Shown here: positions 31,201 to 40,422 of the stretch, piece by piece
How the letters are laid out: each line of letters opens with the position of its first letter
Numbering within the stretch: position 1 is the first letter of the stretch
Assembly (NCBI GenBank): GCA_900316125.1
Contig: ONBO01000003.1
Location: forward strand, 418 to 64,417
Reading direction: 5' to 3'
Source: an uncultured Bacteroidales bacterium
GTDB lineage: Bacteria > Bacteroidota > Bacteroidia > Bacteroidales > Paludibacteraceae
Length of the DNA: 64,000 bases
Translations under genes and position numbers: made by a program
Notes under the pieces: model-generated
Database searches by the model: none
The model's input: the letters and a program-made list of their open reading frames with translations, nothing else
What the model was told of the DNA's origin: nothing

Positions 31201-31583
31201 GCGGTCCAACTGATACCACCGTATGTACCAGCTGTGGCAGAGCCTGTTGAGAGGCCCTTAAGGTATGCCCACGGAGTTCCGAGTGTTACCCACGATGGAG
31301 ACACCTCTGTTATACCAAAGGCACCTACCTCCTTATCCTGACAAAGTACAGAATAGGAGCCTGAGTGTGCTCTTGTAGAACGTTCACCGATGCAGAAATC
31401 AAAACCGGCCTGAGACACATTGGAAAGATTCCATGTGGCAGGTTGAGGTTCACCGTTCCAAGTTGAAGGCCAACTTTCAAAATTTGAGTTTGGAACCTGA
31501 TACTGCGCATTAGCGGTAGCTACTGAAAGTAGCATGACAGCTGCAGTAATTTTTGTTAAAAATTTGCAAAAAATTTGTTTCAT
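22290..31583 (-). CDS. Giant surface protein, ~3097 aa: two PCMD-like domains, about 28 cadherin-like beta-sandwich modules and a Cys-rich CTD-like tail
   Basis: I place the start at ATG 31583 (MKQIFCKFLTKITAAVMLLSVATANAQ is a good signal peptide), whereas the listed ORF starts at GTG 31607. I counted 28 occurrences of the (E/S/P)GF.P....Y motif. The N- and C-terminal domains are clearly homologous to those of the 1597-aa neighbour. Confidence 0.8.
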   Translation of the reverse strand: MKQIFCKFLTKITAAVMLLSVATANAQYQVPNSNFESWPSTWNGEPQPATWNLSNVSQAGFDFCIGERSTRAHSGSYSVLCQDKEVGAFGITEVSPSWVTLGTPWAYLKGLSTGSATAGTYGGISWTARPDTLGVWIIRESAGNEDMNIVYYSWTGTSTNTKYKNKDRGCTEVTQNDEESDICYSTDGNECGRPSGNAVQVAEGWLRTKTTYNNWTFIKVPIKYFNGSIPQKMNIILSASNYPNKRANSGLFTSSKLYADDVTLIYSSQIYDLRFNGMSYSKFNKDKYEYTYEVDGSMPVITCYRSERQLSGSEINISYGQIDGAPTVITVKAEDGSSTSTYTINFVSKRDTNQYPTSIKVNGTALAGFNAYVSDYTVALPYGTTENPNIEVVKANPKQTVNIAPYTIPGTAKVTVYAENTDYSVVYNIKFTVKGLSDTTLKDILVNGVSIEGFSPTKTIYKVNVPVGTTGAQQITYVSAYPKGAQTVVVDSRDISETSTITVSAPEATSSRVYKISYNVTESAYSYLQDLKVGGVTISGFAPATLNYTYPLPLGTTSVPAVTWTQGDSYQTVTKEDGGVDGTTKITVKAQNNINTSIYRISFPLTKSSNSKLADLKVGGVTLPGFSADVTSYSYVLPVGTTALPEITWIQGDDYQTVKPIYGGVNGITKIVVTAQDGSVTTYSITFSVTQASNSTLKDIKVGGVSIEGFMPEKTEYFIVLPRGTKTLPEITYTPYDELQKITKIEGGVNGVTRITVKAQSGDVTVYSLSFSVEKSNNALLQDLKVAGSTIEGFAPNKFSYDYELPAGTTVLPEISCTQGDEYQRVYITKGGVKGATTIRVVAEDGDENTYTINFYVQKSESANLKNIFIGGVALEGFTPDVYSYDYTLSASEATCPAITVEKDGNQEVVITKPHGAGAATIKVIPEEGAVNIYTINIFSAAGGNCDLADISVDGVTVEGFAPDKTEYDITLAKGTTVLPAITYVKGNDGQTVELREGGVNGVTTISVMSAGGRFKAYYLNFSTEKSDVALLSDLKIDGVSIEGFSADKYDYTYYVGKDATELPSIQPVKADASSRVDAVLPALYGNANFYVTADNGVDKATYSVKFIPVADSNASLSDLKVDGVTIENFSPGVLDYVYEVASGYVPTVTYARGADTQKVLLDKDSKKAVIKVLAEDGGEQQYTVTFKAILDNNALLSDLQVYDSSSNKFVSVEGFAPDKFDYTVQLPITSTDFPAVNCVGVNERQTYLISYGKFSEPVAIKVTAEDGETTADYTITFEREKSSVSTLDELQVGGDMVEGFDPETLTYNIELEADETRGDISFVRTDAASLVTVRDNSYNTASTVTVTAEDGSETVYTLNFSTKAPVGENVLKALMVNETLVSGFAPDKFEYNVELYSNETPDVTFVKNYELQTAVVTTSEQGKSVITLKSNQDGVADVTYTINYTYALPYNVASTIKIDDVEISGFDPYKTKYVIDVTSTPASVVAEMTDGSDVNKTINNQNHVRFETLEKDGLAGVVYDLYFYYSDDVIPNNHFTEWTKPKYTVVSSAVKPVGWNCPADVVGEQKVSAAAALVCAGVRSGKAGYEISKESNTVVGVNTKTYQCALAGEIPAVLTLGNVSCNMNVAAQSETGFSGGITFRNTPDAVKLRYNYKSKANDGALFAVRFFEGGTEINKDILIENETSGYAEYTKQLELGDVHPTKMNIAINPNGNTWKGLTALNMAEVYVDYISFLYNSKISAITVNGEAASISGTTATATIDSEYIGLPDIKITGEVDDQMYRIDYDTEVDGVRTVSIVSYAENLSYTDYTLTITREKSAETGLKSVMVDGVSVGLNDGQTEYTVAVPAGTRFIKNISVKGKSTYQTIQTSFADGVITVVSTAENGDSKTYTINVVETDYSKAALNNIEIEGYAIDFEADKTDYAVALMSGTVAMPHISYNKISDKQSVVLTEGGVNGMTSIKVTSADGENELTYNIKFSVDPSAETTSQLEGIEVLDAAAPVPFRQDVYEYEFDKAIEEVALVNYNRAFAEDSMAVVVNSDSLVWNLSNKVSETENEYKLRFTNRKSDNAKLSAIMVNGASYAEFDPAVTEYNITVGETDGLIVEPVLGEPEQTLESSVLMPDNALLAYQFIVTAANGNTLTYIVNLDREKNGNVNLNDITLGGAQVPGFDPAVTEYRVELPAGTTKLPEVYAFGAQSSQTLGMSVGSISDATTVNVNAENGDEQTYVLSFTVALSDNALLSGISANYVPLPDFEPEKFEYSVDVPAGKDDPVITVDLGEPNQRVSAVLDGDKYKITVIAEAGNSQEYIVTFVRHLASGSDLADIKLDGVSIEGFEPTKYEYSVELPYGSETLPAIEAVMGDAGQDIVIITSSVEGDTEINVTSQDRQNSSRYVIHFSVAKSANCDLAMIYADGTEISGFAPDVTEYNFTLPVGVTAIPEITYTKGDDEQTVTKIADGTTVALEVKAGNGINTKTYTLNYTIVLSKDASLNMIYVNGDEVENFAKETLEYTVTLPLGTDITKVVVDYQKGTEWQIVEKVPFEGGVDLVVSAQDVEVKQTYKVNLNVEKSTNTALADLMSGGKTVPGFDPETLDYSIEIPLGTKYIPDVTYVEGDEYQTIEKSVAADSLFFSVKVTAQNMDSRTYTVSYTKEPSHNATLKSITLGDERQLIPSFDGDVFFYEVKLPFGTTKVPAIDYEKAEEEQTVETSYTESVTGTSTIKVTAADGVTTETYSITFSVLPCDITTLDMIYYNGNAIDEFAPDKNEYEVELPYGTVVAPVVTYDFSVPGHQTASVVTSSYVHTGWKSIITVTTESGDENEYTVIFTVAPDKENRLKDLKVFGKTVEGFNPDIYNYSFELEAYSDSSLLPYPKDVEYVKMSENEVVEIMQNTRESVIVKVTAPSGDFVHYVIQTTIRISDNTALKAIYYKDVLVSGFEPDILDYTIKIPFGATTIDKELVTYETQEPGQTVMVVKDNLDVQLQVMAQDGKSYAIYTIHFVPDEFDPTAEPTQADVCLTSTPDGSWKFTTRCKNVNVILTDLSGRFLGIVELPTVDPNCEDICSPLAEGYIFKGEQNQVVTYNFLYAQKKRVLTGKIRCK

Positions 31584-31651
31584 TTTCTCATTAATTAAGA
31601 TTAGCACTATCCCTGTTACACATTATTATATAAAAGGGTATAGTTAACGCG

Positions 31652-31659
31652 CAAAAATA
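31652..31659 (-). promoter_or_regulatory. -7 box (TATTTTTG) for the 3097-aa gene
   Basis: The reverse complement of caaaaata matches TAnnTTTG, with TTTG 20 nt upstream on the minus strand. It lies 69 nt upstream of ATG 31583. Confidence 0.45.
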
Positions 31660-31742
31660 GTTAAATTTGATTTGCTAATCAAAGTTGAAATGTTAAAAAT
31701 TTTATGAGGTACTATTTTTTAACATTTCACGTTACAAAATGA

Positions 31743-31784
31743 AACAAAAAAGAAATAAACGAAACCGTTTATTTCTTTTTTGTT
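31743..31784. terminator. Perfect 19-bp hairpin terminating the RND efflux operon
   Basis: AACAAAAAAGAAATAAACG (31743-31761), loop AAAC, then CGTTTATTTCTTTTTTGTT (31766-31784). The arms themselves supply U-tracts on either strand. Confidence 0.75.
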
Positions 31785-31870
31785 ACATGACCTTAAATAA
31801 TGAGGCTACGCCTCTTTACGTGCTTCACACGGCACGCAGAAGCGTGCTTGTCGCTACTTTTCCTAATAGT

Positions 31871-32164
31871 TTATACTGTAGCTTCTATATTCCAGACAAA
31901 CGCCCTCACGCCCACGTCTGTGTTACGGAGGTCAAGTTTGTGAACTGTTTTTAGTAGTTCAGGAACCTTTTCATCTTCCACCACTGTTATAACCGCAGAG
32001 TTCATCTCAGGCCAGCAGTGCGTACCGCGGCGCGGCTCGCCTCCGTTGGTTCCCCTACCCTGCACCTGCTCAAAGAGCGTGAATCCATTTATTTTAAGCT
32101 CATCAAGCAAATACTCCACACGCTCAGTGTTCGCCTGATTAAAAATTATCATTACTGCTTTCAT
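31871..32164 (-). CDS. Small PII/GlnB-like transporter-associated protein (PG0541-like family)
   Basis: 97 aa with the motif VQGRGTNGG..RRGTH and a beta-alpha-beta pattern. Its start is 1 nt after the RND permease stop. Confidence 0.55.
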   Translation of the reverse strand: MKAVMIIFNQANTERVEYLLDELKINGFTLFEQVQGRGTNGGEPRRGTHCWPEMNSAVITVVEDEKVPELLKTVHKLDLRNTDVGVRAFVWNIEATV

Positions 32165-32165
32165 A

Positions 32166-35100
32166 TTATTCTTCCTCTAGTTGCATGAATATATACTCTT
32201 TACGTTTCTCCGCATCCCTGTCACGCTCTCCATGACGTGAAATTGCCGCATAGAATATAGGCACCACAATCAACGTAACCACAGTTGATATCAACAGACC
32301 GCCTATTACCACTATACCCATAGGCTTCCACATCTCAGAACCCTCACCAGAACTTACTGCCATAGGAATCATACCAAGCATTGTGGTAAACGCTGTCATA
32401 AGCACAGGACGCAGACGTGACTCACCAGAAAGCTTTATAGCTTCATTAAGTTCATAGCCACGCTCACGCATAAGGTTAATGTAGTCAACCAGCACAATAC
32501 CGTTCTTTACGGCAATACCCACAAGCATAACCACGCCAAGGGCGCCAATCATATCAAGTGTTGTATGAGTAATCCACAGCGCAAGTACCGTACCTGAAAG
32601 TGCGAATGGTATAGAGCCGAGCATAATAATGAATGGCTTCGACATTGATTCAAACTGTGACGCCATAACCACATATACCAGAAGAATAATGAGTGCGCCA
32701 AGCAGAACCATATCACCAAATGTTTCCTGCTGGTCTTCAAACTGACCTGCGTAACGGATTGATATACCAGCCGGTTTATCAAGCTTTTGCATTGCCGTCT
32801 GAATTTCAGCGGCCAATTCACCAAGTGATGTGTTATACGGTGTTACTGAGACCGTTACCACGCGCTGACGTGTCTTACGGTCAATTTGAGGCGGCTGGAA
32901 GTACTCCACCACCTGAGCAAGCTCACTCAGTTTAACTTGTCCGCCTGTTGGAGTAGGCACGGTCAAGTTCTCAATCTTTGATATAGTGTTACGGTCGTTC
33001 TCCACAAGACGTACCACTATGTTATACTCATCACCATCCTCTTTTAGGTATCCGGCAGTATAGCCGTTCACACGGTTACGCACATACGTTGAAATAGTGG
33101 CTGATGAGAGGCCGTGGCTTGCAGCCTTCTCTTTATCTACCACAATCTTAAGCTCCGGACGGTCATCCTCACGGCTTATGTCAATGTCACGGGCGCCAGC
33201 CACTTCGCTCATAATAAGACGCTTAACATCCTGTGCAAACTGGTTTGTCTGGTCAAAATCATACCCGTAAATCTCCACGTCAACCGTATTTGAGTTTCCA
33301 CCCATACCGCTTGACACCTGACAAGTATAGTCAACTATCTCTGGGTAGCGGCTCATCTCCTTACGCAGAACCTCAGCGATGTCAAATATAGAGCGCTCAC
33401 GCTCATACTTCTTGGAGCAGCGGACACGCATCTGTATCTTATTGTTAGATGTATTGTTAATAAGAGCTGCGAATCCGGCATCGTCAGCAGAACCTGCCGT
33501 GGTACTAATAAGCTCAATCTCAGGAGCAAGCGCTTCAAATCTGGTTTCAAGCACACGGGCAAGTTTCATAGCCTCCTCCACTCTTGTGGTCTGATGCAGC
33601 TCAATGTTCACAGTAAGACGCCCGTTATCTGTCTGTTGCATAAAGTCAGTACCCACAAGCCCGAATATCATTGGTGATATTGAAGCAAAGAAGAACGCCA
33701 ATGTTACTACTATGGTGGTAAACTTGTGATTCAGACACCAGCCCAAAGCATTTGCATAGAAATTATCTACTTTGTCAAGGAAATGCACCACATACCTCTG
33801 GTACCAGCCGGCACGCACGTCCTCCTCTATAAGTTTACCATTTACCACCTTTACCTTCTTGGCTTTCAACAGCTTAGAGCAAAGCATCGGAGTAAGTGTA
33901 ATGGCCACAGTGGTTGATGTACATACCGTTATGGTTACAATCCATCCAAGTTCCTGGAACATTATACCAGCCAGACCTGAAAGCATGGTAAGAGGCACAA
34001 ACACAGCACAGGTTACAAGTGTGGTGGCTATAACAGAAACCCAAACCTCATTTGTGGCATATATCGCCGCCTCACGCGGATTGGAGCCTCGCTCTATATG
34101 CTTGGTAATATTCTCAAGCACAACAATGGCGTCATCCACCACCATACCTATAGCTATGGTGAGAGAGCAGAGAGAGATAATGTTTATTGAACGCCCTGCA
34201 CCCTTTAGGTATATGAACGCCACTATAAGGGCTATAGGAATGGTGATACCAATTATGAAAGTGGCACGCCAGCGACCCAGGAAGAATAGAACCACAAGCA
34301 CCACAAACAGAAGAGCATACATAATTGACTCTTCAAGTGAGTTGATTGAGTTCTGGATGTTCTCAGAAGAGTCATAAATGGTCTGTATCTTGACATCGGG
34401 TGGGAGGGTCTTCTTTATCTCCTCTATCTTTTTGTTCACATCACGGCATATCTGCACTGTATTGGCGCCAGACTGCTTCATTATTATAAGACGAACGCCG
34501 TCGCCACCGTTAAGTTTCTCATCAAGCGACACATCCTTTATTGTATCTCGCACAATAGCCAAATCCCTGACATGCACCTGCTTACCTTGTCTGGTGGTGG
34601 TTACAACGATGTCACCTATCTCACGGCTGTCAACATACTCACTGCGCACCTGAAGCTGGTACTGCTCATCAAGCATCTTCACCTTACCTGATGACATATT
34701 GAGGTTGTTTGTGCTGATGGCACTGCCCACTGTCTCAAGAGGAATACCGTAAGAGTCAAGTTTCTCCTGGTCTATATCCACATACACATAACGCTCAGGC
34801 TCACCTGACATGGAGATATTACCTATACCGTTTACTTGGTTTAGCACAGGAATAACCTCATCATCAAGCAGTTTTTCAAGACCTGGATATGACTCCTCTG
34901 CTGTCACCGCAAACTGGATTATAGGCATTGAACTTGAGCTCAACTTAAAGATAATAGGTGTAGAAGCCCCGTCCGGCAGGTTGTCCTTGGCCATCTCTAT
35001 GTATGAACGCACATCGTTTGATGCTTCATCAAGGTTCCAGCCCCACTGAAACTCCAGAGTAACCACAGACATATTATCCTTTGATACTGAGGTGAGCTCC

Positions 35101-35333
35101 TTAAGACCGTCAACAGAGTTAAGGGTGTTCTCCATCAGTTTGGTAACATTAGTCTCTATTTCAGAGGCATTCGCCCCCGGATAGGTGGTCATTACCATTA
35201 TGTAAGGCGGGTCTATCTCAGGAAACTGGTCTATAGGCAGTTTCAAAAATGAGAAGATACCTATAATTATGACTGCCACAAAGATAAGCGCCGTGGTTAC
35301 GGGCTTGTCAATGGCTGTTTTGTAAATGCTCAT
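32166..35333 (-). CDS. RND efflux transporter permease (AcrB/HAE1-type)
   Basis: 1055 aa. The 12-TM organisation shows the typical AcrB motifs (VDDAIVVLENI, GIAVKNGIVLVDY). Confidence 0.92.
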   Translation of the reverse strand: MSIYKTAIDKPVTTALIFVAVIIIGIFSFLKLPIDQFPEIDPPYIMVMTTYPGANASEIETNVTKLMENTLNSVDGLKELTSVSKDNMSVVTLEFQWGWNLDEASNDVRSYIEMAKDNLPDGASTPIIFKLSSSSMPIIQFAVTAEESYPGLEKLLDDEVIPVLNQVNGIGNISMSGEPERYVYVDIDQEKLDSYGIPLETVGSAISTNNLNMSSGKVKMLDEQYQLQVRSEYVDSREIGDIVVTTTRQGKQVHVRDLAIVRDTIKDVSLDEKLNGGDGVRLIIMKQSGANTVQICRDVNKKIEEIKKTLPPDVKIQTIYDSSENIQNSINSLEESIMYALLFVVLVVLFFLGRWRATFIIGITIPIALIVAFIYLKGAGRSINIISLCSLTIAIGMVVDDAIVVLENITKHIERGSNPREAAIYATNEVWVSVIATTLVTCAVFVPLTMLSGLAGIMFQELGWIVTITVCTSTTVAITLTPMLCSKLLKAKKVKVVNGKLIEEDVRAGWYQRYVVHFLDKVDNFYANALGWCLNHKFTTIVVTLAFFFASISPMIFGLVGTDFMQQTDNGRLTVNIELHQTTRVEEAMKLARVLETRFEALAPEIELISTTAGSADDAGFAALINNTSNNKIQMRVRCSKKYERERSIFDIAEVLRKEMSRYPEIVDYTCQVSSGMGGNSNTVDVEIYGYDFDQTNQFAQDVKRLIMSEVAGARDIDISREDDRPELKIVVDKEKAASHGLSSATISTYVRNRVNGYTAGYLKEDGDEYNIVVRLVENDRNTISKIENLTVPTPTGGQVKLSELAQVVEYFQPPQIDRKTRQRVVTVSVTPYNTSLGELAAEIQTAMQKLDKPAGISIRYAGQFEDQQETFGDMVLLGALIILLVYVVMASQFESMSKPFIIMLGSIPFALSGTVLALWITHTTLDMIGALGVVMLVGIAVKNGIVLVDYINLMRERGYELNEAIKLSGESRLRPVLMTAFTTMLGMIPMAVSSGEGSEMWKPMGIVVIGGLLISTVVTLIVVPIFYAAISRHGERDRDAEKRKEYIFMQLEEE

Positions 35334-35354
35334 AATATACTCTCCATCTAATAA

Positions 35355-36407
35355 TTATTCTTTAACAATCTGCTCCTCTCCAAGCTGTTCACGTGTAACC
35401 ACCTCTATGTGGCTTCCGTCAACAAGCCTGCCCTGCCCCATTGTTATAATCTCATCACCCTCCTTTACATTTCCAATAATCTCCACATACTTGTCAAAAC
35501 GCTGGCCAAGCTCCACATCCACACGTTTGGCCACATCGCCGTCACGAATGAATATGTAACGGTTATTGGAGCCTATAAGTTTAAGCACAGCCTGATATGG
35601 CACCACCAAGGTGGAAGCCTTACCCACTGGCAGCGTGGTATTTACATACATACCAGGACGCAGCAGCTCAGATGAATTAGGAATCTTAACCTTAACAGTG
35701 AATGTGTGTGAAGAGACATCTATAGTAGGATAAACAATCTCCACAGTACCCTTGAACTCCTTGTCGGGATAAATCTCTGACTTGAGGGTCAGAGACATAC
35801 CCTTCTTAATCTGAGGGAAATAGAGCTCAGGTATATTGATATAGGCCTTCAGAACATTAATCTGAGCCAATGCGAGAATAGGCTGACCGGCGCAAAGCTC
35901 ACCACTCTCAAAGTTCTTGGCTGTAATAACGCCAGAGAAATCAGCTTTCACAAAAGTGTTCTTCTCATAAAGGGCAAGGGTCTCACCCAGCTGGTCATAC
36001 TGAACCTTGGTCTGGTCGTATGTCTGCTGAGACACACTACCAGCCTCTTTCAGAGCCTTAACACGCTCCATCTCCACGCCTAAGTTGGCATACTGGAGCT
36101 TATAGTTTGTGTACTGTGTAGGATCCATGCGTACAAGCAACTGTCCCTTTGAAACCTTGTCACCCACCTCCACAAATATCTGGTCAATAATGCCACTTAT
36201 GGTTGAAGATATATTTCTGGTTTCATAACCCTGCAATGTAGAAGGAAGATTAACTTCACGGTCTATCTCCTTCATCTCAATTTTTTCAGTCTCAACCTTC
36301 TCTTTTTTAACAGACTCTGTAGCACTGGTGTCAGCACTCTCCTTTGTACATGATGCCAGCATAACGCCAAGCATCAGGACAAATGTTAATTTAATAACTT
36401 TGTTCAT
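35355..36407 (-). CDS. RND efflux periplasmic adaptor (membrane fusion protein)
   Basis: 350 aa with a lipoprotein signal (MLASC). It has the biotinyl-lipoyl/hairpin pattern (VEVGDKVSKGQLLVRMD). Confidence 0.88.
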   Translation of the reverse strand: MNKVIKLTFVLMLGVMLASCTKESADTSATESVKKEKVETEKIEMKEIDREVNLPSTLQGYETRNISSTISGIIDQIFVEVGDKVSKGQLLVRMDPTQYTNYKLQYANLGVEMERVKALKEAGSVSQQTYDQTKVQYDQLGETLALYEKNTFVKADFSGVITAKNFESGELCAGQPILALAQINVLKAYINIPELYFPQIKKGMSLTLKSEIYPDKEFKGTVEIVYPTIDVSSHTFTVKVKIPNSSELLRPGMYVNTTLPVGKASTLVVPYQAVLKLIGSNNRYIFIRDGDVAKRVDVELGQRFDKYVEIIGNVKEGDEIITMGQGRLVDGSHIEVVTREQLGEEQIVKE

Positions 36408-36439
36408 ATGTATAAATTGTTTAATCGTGGAAACGGTTA

Positions 36440-37732
36440 TTATTCAACATTCAGCAAATCTTTAAGATTCAGGTAAGCCTCCACTGTTGAGAGCAGCGCA
36501 GACACATAGCTGGTCTGAGCATTTATAAGGCTCTGGCTGGCGGTGGTGACATCGGTGCTGGAGCCGTAGCCGTACTCAAACTTCTTAGATGTATTGTCAA
36601 GCACCTTCTGGCACACCTCAATGTTCTTCTCCTGCACCTTGAACTTATCATACGCACTCTTGAGGTTGTAGCGTAGCTGATAGTTTGAAATATTCAGTTT
36701 ATCTTCAGTATCCCTCTGTGTGTTTTCAGCCGCCTCCCTGGCCCAGCGCTTCTCTTTTATTGAATAAGTGTTCTTCCCCGATGTCCACAAAGGTATGCTA
36801 AGTGACACACCCACAACATTAGGCGGAGTATTGTTAAAGCCAGCCTCCTTGCCAAAGTATGATTTAGCGGAATACTGGTAATATGCGCTAAGCGTAGGCA
36901 CAAAGCTCATAGCGGCAAGCACCTCCTGCTTTTTGGCAAGTTCAGTCTGCTTCACAACCAACTGATAGTCAAAGTTATTCTCTATGTTGAAATCAGTGTC
37001 AAGAATAAGTTGGGTCTCCTCCGGCTTCATAAGATTCTCAAAACCGTCAGTAAGCTCAATATTCTCATCCATACCCAAGCCAAGGTAGAGACGCATCATA
37101 CTTGTAAGCACCTCCTTCTGCACCCTGGTGTCAGTTATCTGAGTCTCAAAGCTGTTCACCTGCACCTCTATCTGGTCCGCCGATGTCTGCTCTGCAGCAC
37201 CCACATCAACAGCCTTCTGCGCACGCTGATGCAGTGTTTTAAGGTTCTCATAGTTCTTCTCCAGAAGTTTAAGAGTTGACTCCATTGTAAGAATTGAATA
37301 GTAGGTGGTCACCACATTGTTTATTACAGTCTGCTCGCTCTTCTTAGCTGATATGTCAGCCATCTTAACAGCAAGGTTACTAATAACAGCCGCCATAACC
37401 ATTGTACCAGATACAGCCATTGAGGCCTTTACACCCAATGTGCCGTAAGGGTTCATTGGCACGCCCATACCCATAAGCTCCATCTCATAGCCGCACATGT
37501 TCATATAGTCAAGCGACGCACTTGCCTGTGGCAGCATAGTTGCTATAGACTGCCAGCGTGCTGCATACTTCTGCTTTATAGTAAGTGAAGCATTCTGCAG
37601 GGTACGGTTATGCTCAAGAGCATACTTTTTTGCATCCTCAAGAGAGAGAGCAAGTGTGCCCTCTGTCTGCTCCTGGGCAAAAGCCAGACCTGCAAGCATA
37701 AACGCACTCAACACAAAAATTAATCTTTTCAT
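36440..37732 (-). CDS. TolC-family outer membrane efflux protein
   Basis: 430 aa with a signal peptide. It has two TolC-type repeats rich in coiled-coil sequence. Confidence 0.85.
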   Translation of the reverse strand: MKRLIFVLSAFMLAGLAFAQEQTEGTLALSLEDAKKYALEHNRTLQNASLTIKQKYAARWQSIATMLPQASASLDYMNMCGYEMELMGMGVPMNPYGTLGVKASMAVSGTMVMAAVISNLAVKMADISAKKSEQTVINNVVTTYYSILTMESTLKLLEKNYENLKTLHQRAQKAVDVGAAEQTSADQIEVQVNSFETQITDTRVQKEVLTSMMRLYLGLGMDENIELTDGFENLMKPEETQLILDTDFNIENNFDYQLVVKQTELAKKQEVLAAMSFVPTLSAYYQYSAKSYFGKEAGFNNTPPNVVGVSLSIPLWTSGKNTYSIKEKRWAREAAENTQRDTEDKLNISNYQLRYNLKSAYDKFKVQEKNIEVCQKVLDNTSKKFEYGYGSSTDVTTASQSLINAQTSYVSALLSTVEAYLNLKDLLNVE

Positions 37733-37737
37733 ATATT

Positions 37738-38334
37738 TTATTGTTTTGAATTCAAATAGTACTCAAGCCCCTCACTGTTGCACACCAAGCGCATAAAGGC
37801 GTCAATCTTTAGCGCAAACAAATCCTTATCGCCGCCATCAATAACTGTCATCATCATATTATAGACAAGAGCCACAAAACTATCTCCGGCAGTTACATCC
37901 GCAAGTTCTCCCCTATACAAACCCTCCTGCACTCCCTTTATTATATTATTGTATATGATATTTTTAATAGCCTCCTTATTACTTGCAACAAAGGCATTGT
38001 GAATATCAGGATAATATTTTACAAGGTCACGCATGAACTTCTCATGTTTGAGGCGGCGTTTCTGAAGCGCAGGATGACGGAAAAAGAGCGCCACATCAAT
38101 AGCGTTAGCCGTCTGGCAATGCATGGCGTACTCCTTGTCCTCCTTCTTGTTGGTCTCAGTAACGTGCTCAAGCACAGCGCTTACAAGCTCCTCCTTCTGG
38201 CGGAACTCAGTGTAGAAAGTCTTTTTAGAGATGCGGAGAATTTCACAGATGTCATCAATGCTGACACTGCGTATGCCGTATTTCAGGAACTCTGACTCGG
38301 CTGTTTTAAGTATGTTCTGACGCAAGTTTCCCAT
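37738..38334 (-). CDS. TetR/AcrR-family transcriptional regulator
   Basis: I place the start at ATG 38334 (MGNLRQNILKTAESEFLKYGIRSVSIDDICEILRISKKTFY is a TetR HTH). The -7 box TATCTTTG at 38356-38363 lies inside the longer listed ORF. Confidence 0.85.
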   Translation of the reverse strand: MGNLRQNILKTAESEFLKYGIRSVSIDDICEILRISKKTFYTEFRQKEELVSAVLEHVTETNKKEDKEYAMHCQTANAIDVALFFRHPALQKRRLKHEKFMRDLVKYYPDIHNAFVASNKEAIKNIIYNNIIKGVQEGLYRGELADVTAGDSFVALVYNMMMTVIDGGDKDLFALKIDAFMRLVCNSEGLEYYLNSKQ

Positions 38335-38355
38335 ATTGATATACCTAAGCGGGTG

Positions 38356-38363
38356 CAAAGATA
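38356..38363 (-). promoter_or_regulatory. -7 box (TATCTTTG) for the tetR-efflux operon
   Basis: The reverse complement of caaagata matches TAnnTTTG, 22 nt upstream of ATG 38334. Confidence 0.45.
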
Positions 38364-38525
38364 ACACAATATGGGAAACCCGATGCAAAAATTAGCAAAA
38401 ATTTTAAAAATATTTTATCAACAATTTGACATCTTGCTAATTATCAGTGTTTTATACGGAAACTCTCTAACATTAAGAGTTTTCAAGTGAAAAAGTTTTG
38501 CAACAATTACAAAGCGTTTGCGCCA

Positions 38526-40269
<1,744 letters not shown>

Positions 40270-40422
40270 CGAATGAGCCAAAATAAAGCTTGCTTGATTT
40301 TGGAGAATGAGGTCAGCATTTGGAGCAAAGCAGTCTTTTAAGAGTGCTTTGCCGAGCGTGAGTAACTTCACGAACATACGTAGTATGTGAGTAAAGTACG
40401 AATAAGCGAGAGCCGCATTCCA

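Noticed and set aside
31739-31954. A 71-aa plus-strand ORF between the giant gene and the PII-like gene.
   Set aside because: It starts inside the perfect 19-bp terminator hairpin and runs antisense into the PII-like gene. It has no promoter and no recognisable motif.
33772-34377. A 201-aa plus-strand ORF inside the RND permease gene. Similar antisense ORFs lie at 20449-20922, 24000-24434, 38914-39441, 39486-39974, 47693-48334 and 55781-56269.
   Set aside because: Each is antisense to a long, motif-supported CDS. The translations are Ser/Thr/Leu-rich with no recognisable domain. This is typical of the open antisense frames of large genes.
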